Shown: positions 9,576-18,074 of the stretch, piece by piece | How positions within the stretch are numbered: position 1 is the stretch's first letter | Layout: every line of letters begins with the position of its first letter | Source: Candidatus Rifleibacteriota bacterium | Lineage (GTDB): Bacteria > Muiribacteriota > Ozemobacteria > Ozemobacterales > Ozemobacteraceae | Assembly (NCBI GenBank): GCA_015232575.1 | Contig: JADFZL010000003.1 | Span: 128,001 to 192,000 of the forward strand | Length of the DNA stretch: 64,000 bases | Direction: 5' to 3' | Notes under the pieces: model-generated | What the model was told of the DNA's origin: nothing | What the model saw: the letters and a program-made list of their open reading frames with translations, nothing else | The model's database searches: none | Translations under genes and position numbers: made by a program

Positions 9576-10499
9576 TCAATTTTTAAGTAGGTTTTTAATT
9601 CTTTCTGGCGGCCATGCTATTTCATCAACACGCATTATATTAGAAATATTAATAGACAATGGCTTTCCATTAAAGAGAATACCTATTGAATCACTGGCTA
9701 TCTTAACAGGATCCTCTATTGATTTGAACGACTCAGCAACTTTTCCAGAAATTTTGATTTTGTTGTTCGTATGCATTATTGCAGTAATTGATTCATCTTC
9801 AAATGGAATTTTTCCATTGACAAAAAGTGTTTTGTCTTTTATTTGCATTAAATCATTTTCAACCGCACAAACTCTCTCTATATTATAATTCCAAATAACT
9901 ATGCTTCCGGGTTTTAGATCATTTTTTGCAGGATTATGCGTGATTAATATGGTATCGTAAGGTTGTATCAGCGGTGAATAATAATCAGCAAATATTCTCT
10001 CTGCACGACGGTTGCCGGTACCGAGGATTGTCAATATGTGCAGCTGAAAAAAAATTACCGTTACAAGCATTGCCGCAAATATAGGATAACTGATGAGGGA
10101 AAAAGCGCCTGCTTTCTTTAACGGCTGAGTATAGACATCAAAATATATAAAAAAGAGAAAGATTGCTGCGCCAATAAAAATATATTGGCTGAAAGGTGAA
10201 TATATATAATAATACCCATAAAATGCTGTAAATGCTGTAACTACGAGCGCTGACGCACCTTTAACCTTCTGGCCGAGCACAAGGTGTCCAAGTCCGGGGC
10301 ATAGAAAAGATAAAAATAGCACTTGCAGTGCTGTATTTCTTAAAGTATCGGGTATTTTGGATGTGACGGTATTAGAAGATAGTTTTTGAACGAAATTCTG
10401 CCACTTCAGCGAAATATTCGAAATAAAATTCCTATCCTTCTTTCGAGGCGGCTCAAAATCCATTACATCACTGTTTTTAGTGTTGCGAAAACCACACAA
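9576..10499 (-). CDS. membrane protein with C-terminal signal-peptidase-I-like (S26) domain; catalytic Lys position apparently Glu
   Basis: ~5 predicted TM helices, then YSPLIQPYDTILI (cf. SMxPTLxxGD) and NIERVCAVENDLMQIKDKTLFVNGK (cf. YIKRVIGLPGDTVEIKDG.LYINGK) and a C-terminal WPP; TTG start per the ORF track, with an internal ATG 12 codons in. Confidence 0.3.
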   Translation of the reverse strand: MCGFRNTKNSDVMDFEPPRKKDRNFISNISLKWQNFVQKLSSNTVTSKIPDTLRNTALQVLFLSFLCPGLGHLVLGQKVKGASALVVTAFTAFYGYYYIYSPFSQYIFIGAAIFLFFIYFDVYTQPLKKAGAFSLISYPIFAAMLVTVIFFQLHILTILGTGNRRAERIFADYYSPLIQPYDTILITHNPAKNDLKPGSIVIWNYNIERVCAVENDLMQIKDKTLFVNGKIPFEDESITAIMHTNNKIKISGKVAESFKSIEDPVKIASDSIGILFNGKPLSINISNIMRVDEIAWPPERIKNLLKN

Positions 10500-10730
10500 C
10501 GGGCATAACAGTGTGTCTGAACGAATTACATTACCGCATTTTGTACAATTAATACTTGTTCGCCACCTTTCTTCACCGGATGTATTAAAACAAGGTCATT
10601 TTTTAATTTAATGGTATAGGAATTTTCATTTTAGTTATGCGTGCTTCCTAAAATCATAATATGAATTCAAACTGTCTTGTAACGATTTCAGATTCATTGT
10701 TTTCCAGGGTGCATTACCGTATTTTATGCT

Positions 10731-10796
10731 GTCATTTCGACCGAAGGTAGAAATCTCGTCTTTTCTATTTGATCTCTCCCTTCGGTCGAGATGACA
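10731..10796. repeat. palindromic intergenic repeat, family 1, copy A (~66 bp imperfect hairpin)
   Basis: gtcatttcgaccgaaggtagaaatctcg...gatctctcccttcggtcgagatgaca; related copies at 33155-33218, 45515-45579 and 57497-57545. Confidence 0.8.
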
Positions 10797-10863
10797 ATAA
10801 ATAGTCCGCCCGGAGGGCGTTAATTTAACAGCCAGTAGAGTTGATAATTTAATAGATTATTTG

Positions 10864-11064
10864 TCAATATTTTGTTTTTACAGTATTGTCAATTGTTACC
10901 GGGTTATAATATTCACTCGAAAACTTTTTTTCCTTAACTTTTCCGCTTAAGAGCTCCTGAAACATTTTCATATAATCATCGCAGGCCTTTCCGAAGCCTT
11001 CCAGCGTGATATTTACCTGCCCATCAGGAGCTATTGTAACTTGTATTTCTTCCTTCTTTGGCAT
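10864..11064 (-). CDS. small DUF2997-like protein
   Basis: MPKKEEIQVTIAPDGQVNITLEGFGKACDDY resembles the DUF2997 pattern (M..i.i.i..dG.v.i...G..G..C); this family typically partners DUF1257 and a Ycf46-like AAA ATPase. Confidence 0.35.
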   Translation of the reverse strand: MPKKEEIQVTIAPDGQVNITLEGFGKACDDYMKMFQELLSGKVKEKKFSSEYYNPVTIDNTVKTKY

Positions 11065-11128
11065 ATCGTTCTCCTTTAACTCTTTCAGTTTAATTGTTTT
11101 CTAACCTTCGGTTTAGAAATGTTCATAA

Positions 11129-11935
11129 TCATTTGACAAAAAGACCCTTGACCCAACTGAAAACTTTTGAAAAAAGACTCTTGTTTATTGCTCTGCAATA
11201 AGCATCATTATATTTTTTATTTACCGGCGCAAGTTTGTTTGCGCGTGAAAAAGATTCTTCGGCGGCAGAATGCAGGTTTAGTCTGTTCTGAATAACACCA
11301 AGCAGATAATATATTTCTGGTAAATCCGATTTTTTTGACAGAGCTTTCTGTAAGACCGGAATTGCTTTCTCGAATAATGGGGTGTTACTGTAACTCTGGG
11401 CAATTTTAAAGAATACCAGCCAGTCGTTTGGCAACAATTCAATTGCTTTCATCATGCAGAATTCGGCATTATTGCCTTTCGTAAGTGCAATAATTTCACC
11501 TCTTGCGATCCATGAAAACCATGAAACATTATCATTTTTCATTGCTCCATCAGAAAAAGCCATGGCATCTTTGAGATTAGCATCTCTTGCTGATGCAAGT
11601 GCCCTTGCTGAAATAATATTCGCGCTTTTTGGAAATAACTTATTTGCTTTTATTGACCAGGTAAGTGCTTCAGGAATTTCTTCAAGATCAAGAAGGCAGA
11701 GAAGCTGTCCAAACCAGGCTTCCTCAATATTTGGATCTATTCCAAGAACTTTTGAATAGTATTTCAAAGCTCTTTCATATTCAAGTTTCCGGTAGTTCTC
11801 ATCTGCAAGACGTAGAACATGCCCGGGATTTGTTAAATCAACTCCGGCCGTTTCAGAATTTCCAGGAAGCTTGTCAAATCCATCTGTTTTCCTGTTTTCC
11901 GGAGAATCAAATTCCAGCCACTTGAATCTGCTCAA
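11129..11935 (-). CDS. TPR-repeat protein
   Basis: multiple TPR-like helical repeats (ALKYYSKVLGIDPNIEEAWFGQ...). Confidence 0.5.
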   Translation of the reverse strand: MSRFKWLEFDSPENRKTDGFDKLPGNSETAGVDLTNPGHVLRLADENYRKLEYERALKYYSKVLGIDPNIEEAWFGQLLCLLDLEEIPEALTWSIKANKLFPKSANIISARALASARDANLKDAMAFSDGAMKNDNVSWFSWIARGEIIALTKGNNAEFCMMKAIELLPNDWLVFFKIAQSYSNTPLFEKAIPVLQKALSKKSDLPEIYYLLGVIQNRLNLHSAAEESFSRANKLAPVNKKYNDAYCRAINKSLFSKVFSWVKGLFVK

Positions 11936-12013
11936 ACTTTTTCACCTGCCATTCGATCTATAACATTCATATCCTGATCAAAAAATCCAAATCCAAAATC
12001 ACAAATCTTTTGA

Positions 12014-12129
12014 CACTGTAGCAACGTTACTGAAGAAAAGATATATCTCACGCAGAGATGCAGAGGCACAGAGAAAAGCAGAGGGAAAATCGTGTTATTT
12101 TTATATCTGCTTAGCAACATTGCTACAAT
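12014..12129. mobile_element. MITE-like element, family 3, copy 1 (terminal inverted repeats CACTGTAGCAACGTTACTGA / TAGCAACATTGCTACA)
   Basis: shares termini and the internal ATATCTCACGCAGAGA core with 59562-59654; no coding capacity. Confidence 0.65.
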
Positions 12130-12210
12130 CTCAATCTCTTATCCCTTATCTTACAATCTTAAATCTTACAATCCAAAATCTTACAATCCAAAATCTCTTA
12201 ATCTTGAAGC
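12130..12210. repeat. short tandem repeat (ATCTTACAATCC, period ~15, 3-4 units)
   Basis: atcttacaatcttaa / atcttacaatccaaa / atcttacaatccaaa read directly. Confidence 0.6.
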
Positions 12211-12270
12211 TTGAAAATCTGCGTAATCTGCGGACAAAAATCTTTTCTCGTCTCGTCTTTTCTTTTAATC

Positions 12271-12723
12271 CTATTTCCAGCGGCTTACCGTAAGCCGAAT
12301 TGTTTTATCCTCAGAAACTTCTTCTTTTGTAACCGCAAAGCCTTTTCTTTTCATTTCGGCTGTAATTTTCTGGTAAGCATACTGTTGGGCTATTCCATTG
12401 AGAAGATTCTTTCCGAGGAATTCAAGTTCAGCCTCACTTTTATTTACCCCATTGACCCGCATTTGGCAGTCACCTCTGCCCGTCTTTTCAAATACAACTG
12501 AAAAGCCGTTTCCCTGAAAACAAACACTTTCGCCCTCATCAATTGTGTCTGCCAGAGCGTAATTCGAAGACAATGGAATCTCAGCTTCGCATTCCGAATT
12601 GACCTCAGTCATTTGATCACTGCCGACACGACTCATTCCATAGGCTATTCCGGCGACCGTTGCAGCAGCAACAAAGGCGGGCCAGCCGACTATTACCGGC
12701 ACCATAACTACAAATCCTGACAT
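12271..12723 (-). CDS. DUF1257-like (Ycf35-like) protein with N-terminal TM helix
   Basis: C-terminal LLNGIAQQYAYQKITAEMKRKGFAVTKEEVSEDKTIRLTVSRW resembles the conserved DUF1257 C-terminus (recollection); adjacent to the AAA ATPase. Confidence 0.35.
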   Translation of the reverse strand: MSGFVVMVPVIVGWPAFVAAATVAGIAYGMSRVGSDQMTEVNSECEAEIPLSSNYALADTIDEGESVCFQGNGFSVVFEKTGRGDCQMRVNGVNKSEAELEFLGKNLLNGIAQQYAYQKITAEMKRKGFAVTKEEVSEDKTIRLTVSRWK

Positions 12724-12735
12724 AGTATCCTCCTT

Positions 12736-14367
12736 TTATATCTCAAGTGCACGATGAGTGCCAATACGCTGAAAACCGTGCTGTCCAGCTGATGCAGGTC
12801 TTGCTCTTTCCATTGCCCAGTTTCTCAATTCATCAATTTCTTCTTTCATTGTTTTTGAAAGAGGGAATGTTTCTTCGAGAGCGCTTATTATATATTCGGA
12901 ATTCAGTTCATTGCCCGAATTGAAAGCTTCGTAAAGAGCAGACGATATCGCCTCTTCAATTTCTGAGCCAGAAAAGCCCTCAGAAGCCTTTGCAAGGTCT
13001 TCCATATTGAAATTTCCCGGGTTTCTGCTTTTCTTTTTTATATGAATTTCAAAAATCTTTTTTCTTTCTTCAGAATTTGGAAGGTCAACAAAGAAAATGT
13101 CATCAAATCTTCCTTTTCTGAATAACTCAGGTGGCAAATCTTTTATTCTGTTCGAGGTAGCAATTACAAAAACCGGAGAAGTTTTTTCCTGAAGCCAGGT
13201 AATAAATGTTCCAAAAACACGGCTTCCGACGCCACTGTCGCCCTGACCACCTGACTGCATGCCAGAAAAGGCTTTCTCGATTTCATCTATCCAGAGTATT
13301 GCCGGAGCTACTGATTCAGCTGTTTTTATTGCACGTCTTACATTTTCTTCACTTGAACCGACCAGACTTGAAAAAATTCGCCCCATGTCAAGTTTTAGAA
13401 GCGGAACATTCCAGAGACTGCTTATTGCCTTGGCTACAAGACTTTTGCCACATCCCTGTACACCCAGAAGTAATATTCCCTTTGGCGGAGTGCATCCGAA
13501 GGCTCTGGCCTTTTCGGAAAAAGCATGAGATCGCTTCAGCAGCCAGTCTTTAAGGTTTTCAAGACCGCCAACATTGCTTATTGCTTCTGTTGTTGGATAA
13601 TATTCAAGAATGCCGCTTTTTTTGATTATCTGTTCTTTTTCGCTGTGTATGGCCTTTAGATCTTCTCCGTCCAGACGTCGCCTGGAGATCAAAGTTCTGG
13701 CGAGAACATTTTCAATCTCATTTAGAGTCAGACCCTGACAGGCTTTTGCAAGTTTTTCAAGCTCAATTGGATTAAGGTTTATTTTTACCTGAGGATTATT
13801 TTTTACAAGACCTATCATTTCATCAATCTTATTTGATACTTCGGCAGGTGTCGGGAAACCGAATTCAGCTACTGTTATTTCTTTTTCCAGTTCGCAGGGA
13901 ATTTTAAGTATTGGTGAAATAATTATAAGCGTTCTTGGACTATCCCTCAAAAATGAGGCCAATTCACGCATTCTTCGTATAATTGATACGTTGTCAAGAT
14001 ATGGGTGGTAATCCTTAAAAATATAAATGGCATTTTCAAGACTTTCGAATATTCCTTCGATAGCTTCCTGTGGGTCGCGTGTTGATTGCGATATATTCTT
14101 TTTGCTCTGAAAGTCTGTTCCGTAAGGAAGCAATCCACGGGTGATTGACCATGTATAACATTTCTTGTTCTGAGCCCTCGATAATTGGAAAATAAGTTTT
14201 TCGATTCTCTCTTCTTCATGAGAAACAATGTAAAGAATTGGATACTTGGCTCTTATGAGAACATCAATATTTGAATAAAATCCGGAATTCATTACCGGTT
14301 CTTTTTCAGGTAATGGGGTTGGATTTTGATTTGGTTTACTTTTTGTTGGATTGCTTTCTGCGGACAT
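12736..14367 (-). CDS. AAA+ family ATPase, Ycf46-like (single C-terminal AAA domain)
   Basis: Walker A GVQGCGKSL; Walker B ILWIDEIEKAF; sensor/arginine region ATSNRIKDLPPELFRKGRFD; ~280-aa N-terminal domain. Confidence 0.8.
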   Translation of the reverse strand: MSAESNPTKSKPNQNPTPLPEKEPVMNSGFYSNIDVLIRAKYPILYIVSHEEERIEKLIFQLSRAQNKKCYTWSITRGLLPYGTDFQSKKNISQSTRDPQEAIEGIFESLENAIYIFKDYHPYLDNVSIIRRMRELASFLRDSPRTLIIISPILKIPCELEKEITVAEFGFPTPAEVSNKIDEMIGLVKNNPQVKINLNPIELEKLAKACQGLTLNEIENVLARTLISRRRLDGEDLKAIHSEKEQIIKKSGILEYYPTTEAISNVGGLENLKDWLLKRSHAFSEKARAFGCTPPKGILLLGVQGCGKSLVAKAISSLWNVPLLKLDMGRIFSSLVGSSEENVRRAIKTAESVAPAILWIDEIEKAFSGMQSGGQGDSGVGSRVFGTFITWLQEKTSPVFVIATSNRIKDLPPELFRKGRFDDIFFVDLPNSEERKKIFEIHIKKKSRNPGNFNMEDLAKASEGFSGSEIEEAISSALYEAFNSGNELNSEYIISALEETFPLSKTMKEEIDELRNWAMERARPASAGQHGFQRIGTHRALEI

Positions 14368-14472
14368 CGGCTTTCCTCATTTCCATTGTGTTTACTCTAT
14401 ATACATTCTAACTTTTTTACTGATAAAAAGTAAAGTTGAGTTTTGCATATTTTAAATCTCAAAAATATTCCC

Positions 14473-14505
14473 AAAAAAAAACCCCCGGATTTTGAAAACC
14501 GGGGG
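14473..14505 (-). terminator. rho-independent terminator (CCCCCGG...CCGGGGG followed by a T9 run on the minus strand)
   Basis: aaaaaaaaacccccggattttgaaaaccggggg; lies ~230 nt downstream of the 14737-15342 gene. Confidence 0.7.
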
Positions 14506-14736
14506 CAAAGTGAGAGGATCTTTTGAGAGGAATCGGTACCTCACGGAAACCGCGAGGTAAATATAGCAATACTTCAAATGAATACGTAAATCTCGAATAA
14601 ATTCGAGGTATTCACGAAGTAAAATTTCAAAGACCGATGTAATTATATAAGCAATTTGCGTGCCAACATAAAACAACCATTTTCAGCCATTTCCAATAGT
14701 GTAAAAAAAATGCACACGTGCAAAAAATGCACGCGA

Positions 14737-15342
14737 TTATATGACCGACAAAGGAACTGAAAGCAGTGATGACAAACGCTTTCCAAGTAGTTCGAGCTTT
14801 TTTAACTCACTTGTACCAGATGAATTGATTGGAATAATTTCGCCTTTAACTGTTTCCAGAGAAAGAATGAAATAATCGTTCTTCCCAGAGATAATAAGCT
14901 TTTTAATGCTTTTTATGTATAATACAAGTCTTGCATTTGTTTTGATATATCCTTTAAAGCCGCATATATCGTTTATTATTATCTGGTCATCAGCGGGGTT
15001 ATATTCAATAACAGGGTAAAATCCGTAATGAATCATCATTGGAATAACAAGTTCTTTCAGGAAATACCTTATAAAAAAGAAAATAAGGAGCATTGATACA
15101 CCAAAAACAATCAATACCGGTGTTGCGGTTTTGTTCTGATGCAGGAAGAAAATGGTTGCAAGTGTTGGAATTCCACAACAAATCAAGAGAATCAGTTCTG
15201 TTGATTTGCTGATAGAATGGTCTGTCAGTGGAATCTTCTGAGAAATCTTTGCCAGCAGTTCTTTATTCAAAAGAATTTTCCTGTGTAGTTTTAAGTATCT
15301 TCCCAATAATTCAGGGCAACTGCATTTTTTATTCATCTGCAT
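14737..15342 (-). CDS. hypothetical membrane protein
   Basis: two or three hydrophobic helices; no recognisable motifs. Confidence 0.4.
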   Translation of the reverse strand: MQMNKKCSCPELLGRYLKLHRKILLNKELLAKISQKIPLTDHSISKSTELILLICCGIPTLATIFFLHQNKTATPVLIVFGVSMLLIFFFIRYFLKELVIPMMIHYGFYPVIEYNPADDQIIINDICGFKGYIKTNARLVLYIKSIKKLIISGKNDYFILSLETVKGEIIPINSSGTSELKKLELLGKRLSSLLSVPLSVI

Positions 15343-15544
15343 TGCTCAGTTGGCAAATATCTGATAGATTAGAGCCTGCAAGATTCGTTGATTATAGCAT
15401 TTTTTTCCAAATTGAACTATCAGGAATATTAGCAGTGCAGGACAAACAGGGGCGACCGCGTCTGAAAAGGTTATCTTATGATCGTTTGATGAAACGGATA
15501 CGTTTGCCAGGATTATTTGCAGAAGAATCCATCTGGAGGAATTT

Positions 15545-17404
15545 ATGACAGCAGATGTAATATTGATCGGTTTGAATACCAGGCACACTCATTGTAGTCT
15601 ATCCCTGGCCTTGTTGCAGGCTTTCTGGGAAAAAGATCCTTCGAATCCGAGAATAGAACGAATTGATTTTGATTTGAATCAGGGAAACGATTCGATTATT
15701 CAGAATATTGTTCTGAAAAAGCCCCGGTTGCTTGGTTTTTCTGTATATATATGGAATCTTATTTCCGCTGCAGCAATAAGCGGTTCAGTTAAAGCAGCTC
15801 TTCCTGATGTTAAAATTATTTTTGGAGGTCCGGAAGTCTCATTTGATTCAGAAAGAATTTTTTCATTGGCTCCCTGGGTTGACCTCATAGTCAACGGGGA
15901 AGGGGAAGAAACTTTTTCTGAGATACTTTCTTCTTTTTTTGCAGATAAGTCAATGTTTGATGGAATTGCAGGTACTTCAGTTTTCAGAAATGGACAGTTG
16001 ATACAAAATCCTCAAAGGAAGCTTATTTCGGACCTTGATTCTTTACCTTCAGCATTTTCGGCTGGATATTATGGAACAGGAAAAGGTTTTACGTATTACG
16101 AAGCCTCACGTGGATGTCCTTTTAAATGTGCATATTGTTTAAGTTCAGTATTGGGTCCGGTAAGGAATTTTTCACTTCAGAGAGTTAAAGACGATCTTGA
16201 CTGGTTTTTCCAGTCAGATTATTCTCAGGTTCGTTTTGCTGATCGGACATTCAATCTTGATAATCAAAGAGCTGAGAATATTGTCAAATACATTCTCGAG
16301 AAAAATTATAAAAAAATCTGTTTCCATTTTGAGTTGAAACCGGAAATTCTTACTGATTCATTTATCGAATTGCTTGGACATGCAGACCCCGGTTTATTTC
16401 ATCTCGAAATCGGTGTTCAGAGCACCAATCCCGAATCACTTGAAGCTGTATCAAGAAAAAGTGATCCTCAGAAACTGGCAGAAAGAATTCAATGTTTGAG
16501 AGACAGAACAAAGTGCCATGTTCATCTGGATTTACTTGCCGGTTTGCCGGGTGAAAATTTTGAACTTTTCAAAAAAACTTTAAATGATGCACATTCCTGG
16601 AAAGTTAGTACTATTCAGGTTGGATTAGTAAAAGTGTTAAAGGGAACTGCACTTGAAAATTCTGTAAGGGATGGATCACTTTCTGTTGCGCCTTTTCCGC
16701 CGTATTCCGTTCAGAGGAGTAAATGGCTCACTTCAGAGGAAATAATTCGAATTCAGGATATCGGAAAGCTGGTTGAAGGTATTGGAAACTCTGAAAGGTA
16801 TAATTTAAGTCTGAATTTTATCTGTAATTTCCTTTTCAAATCTGACTGGGCTGAATTTTATGATTCTCTTGCGTTTTTCTGGAGAAAAACCGGAAAGCAG
16901 TTTTTTGCACTGAGTCCGGAAAATATTAAAAAGGCATTGAGTGAACATCTCAGTGAGGTGTCAAAAGATTCTGACATTACTTGTGCCGCCGATTCGCTTT
17001 TAACACATGAATTGCGTTTAATTCAGAAAGTTCCGGCAGGAAAAGCCGGACCAGTGCCGATTGTTCCTAATCTTTCCGGCCGTCCGCTTGTGAAAAAAAC
17101 GAATGGTTATAAAACATTCTGGTACAATGTTGATGTTCAGGAACTAATAGAATGTAACAAAATAGCAATTTTACCATCTCCAGTTGTTTATCACTACCAG
17201 ACAGATCTTTCGCTTCCTCCTGACAGCAGTATGTATTTTCTTCCGATTGAGGATCGTTTTTTAATGGCACTTGCAGATCAGGTTGATACTGTTGATACCA
17301 TTTGTGAGATCTGGAATCAGCAGAAACGCGCATCCAGAAGTTCTGATTTTTTTCTAAACTCTCTGGACAAACTTATTGAAAAAGGTTTACTATCTAAGCG
17401 ATAG
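15545..17404 (+). CDS. B12-binding domain radical SAM protein (DUF4080-type)
   Basis: N-terminal B12-binding Rossmann segment; CPFKCAYC (Cx3Cx2C) radical SAM cluster motif; ~620 aa, typical of the family. Confidence 0.85.
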   Translation: MTADVILIGLNTRHTHCSLSLALLQAFWEKDPSNPRIERIDFDLNQGNDSIIQNIVLKKPRLLGFSVYIWNLISAAAISGSVKAALPDVKIIFGGPEVSFDSERIFSLAPWVDLIVNGEGEETFSEILSSFFADKSMFDGIAGTSVFRNGQLIQNPQRKLISDLDSLPSAFSAGYYGTGKGFTYYEASRGCPFKCAYCLSSVLGPVRNFSLQRVKDDLDWFFQSDYSQVRFADRTFNLDNQRAENIVKYILEKNYKKICFHFELKPEILTDSFIELLGHADPGLFHLEIGVQSTNPESLEAVSRKSDPQKLAERIQCLRDRTKCHVHLDLLAGLPGENFELFKKTLNDAHSWKVSTIQVGLVKVLKGTALENSVRDGSLSVAPFPPYSVQRSKWLTSEEIIRIQDIGKLVEGIGNSERYNLSLNFICNFLFKSDWAEFYDSLAFFWRKTGKQFFALSPENIKKALSEHLSEVSKDSDITCAADSLLTHELRLIQKVPAGKAGPVPIVPNLSGRPLVKKTNGYKTFWYNVDVQELIECNKIAILPSPVVYHYQTDLSLPPDSSMYFLPIEDRFLMALADQVDTVDTICEIWNQQKRASRSSDFFLNSLDKLIEKGLLSKR

Positions 17405-17467
17405 TGTTATTCAGTCCGGTCGTTGAGCAAATTAGAAACATGGTTAAACCCTGAAATTCTTGCCAAC

Positions 17468-17700
17468 GGCAGAGAGCACAAAATGCTCGACTGCAGGGAG
17501 TGATAGAGTTGTCCTATTGTTTATTCATCTGATAGAACTTGAGGGGAGAGCACAAAGTCCTCGACCACGGGGAGTGAGACGGATATACTATTGCTTATAT
17601 GTCCGATAGCACTTCAGCGGAGAGCACAAAGTGCTCGACCGCGGGGAGTGAGACGGTCGAACTTGTTCGACCGGCGAGAGGGGGCGCGTGCCCCCTCTCT
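17468..17700. repeat. family 2 repeat: three tandem 74-nt units, each with a GAGCACAAAGTGCTC hairpin, followed by two perfect GC hairpins (CCGGTCGAACTTGTTCGACCGG; GAGAGGGGGCGCGTGCCCCCTCTC); ends 20 nt before the fmdB start
   Basis: units start at 17470, 17544 and 17618; a second copy (one unit plus hairpins) lies at 40160-40250 upstream of pncB. Confidence 0.8.
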
Positions 17701-17720
17701 AAAAAGCAGGGGGTCAGAAA

Positions 17721-17987
17721 ATGCCTTTTTATTCATATCGTGCAAAAAACGTTGAACAATCTTGCCAAAATTGTGCAGAGGAGTTCGATTGCTTTCAGAA
17801 AATTAATGAAATGCCGGTTGAAACATGTCCGGAGTGTGGAAATCAAGTTGTGAGAATTATGCATGCAACTCCAACCGTTAAAGACAGTTCAGAAAAGAAA
17901 ACTTTGTCAGATGATAACCTGAAAAAACACGGGTTCAAAAAATTTGTAAATCGTGGACATGGCAAGGGTTATGACGAGGTTGTCTGA
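17721..17987 (+). CDS. FmdB-family zinc-ribbon protein
   Basis: MPFYSYRAKN..CQNC....CPECG matches the FmdB/TIGR02605 pattern (MPIYEYRC..CGHxFE...........CPxCG). Confidence 0.6.
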   Translation: MPFYSYRAKNVEQSCQNCAEEFDCFQKINEMPVETCPECGNQVVRIMHATPTVKDSSEKKTLSDDNLKKHGFKKFVNRGHGKGYDEVV

Positions 17988-18074
17988 ATAATTCCGGAAA
18001 AAATATCTTTTAGAGGTTTATCTTGCCAGGTAATTCTGGAACTTTCTCCTGCTAAAATTTTCAGACTTCTTAGA

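Noticed and set aside
10500-10620. Apparent CxxC...CxxC zinc-ribbon reading (CTKCGNVIRSDTLLCPLCGF) upstream of gene 9576-10499
   Set aside because: It is in a different frame from the downstream ORF, and the ORF's own frame has a TAA stop just upstream. It is not a continuous N-terminal extension.
14452-14676. 74-aa ORF on the minus strand
   Set aside because: It runs straight through the CCCCCGG/CCGGGGG terminator hairpin and its T-tract, with no RBS. More likely non-coding.
17468-17700. Possible CRISPR array (three ~37-nt direct repeats with ~37-nt spacers)
   Set aside because: The 'spacers' are themselves about 70% similar to each other, so this is a diverged 74-nt tandem repeat, not repeat-spacer architecture. 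No cas genes are present, and the same unit recurs at 40160.
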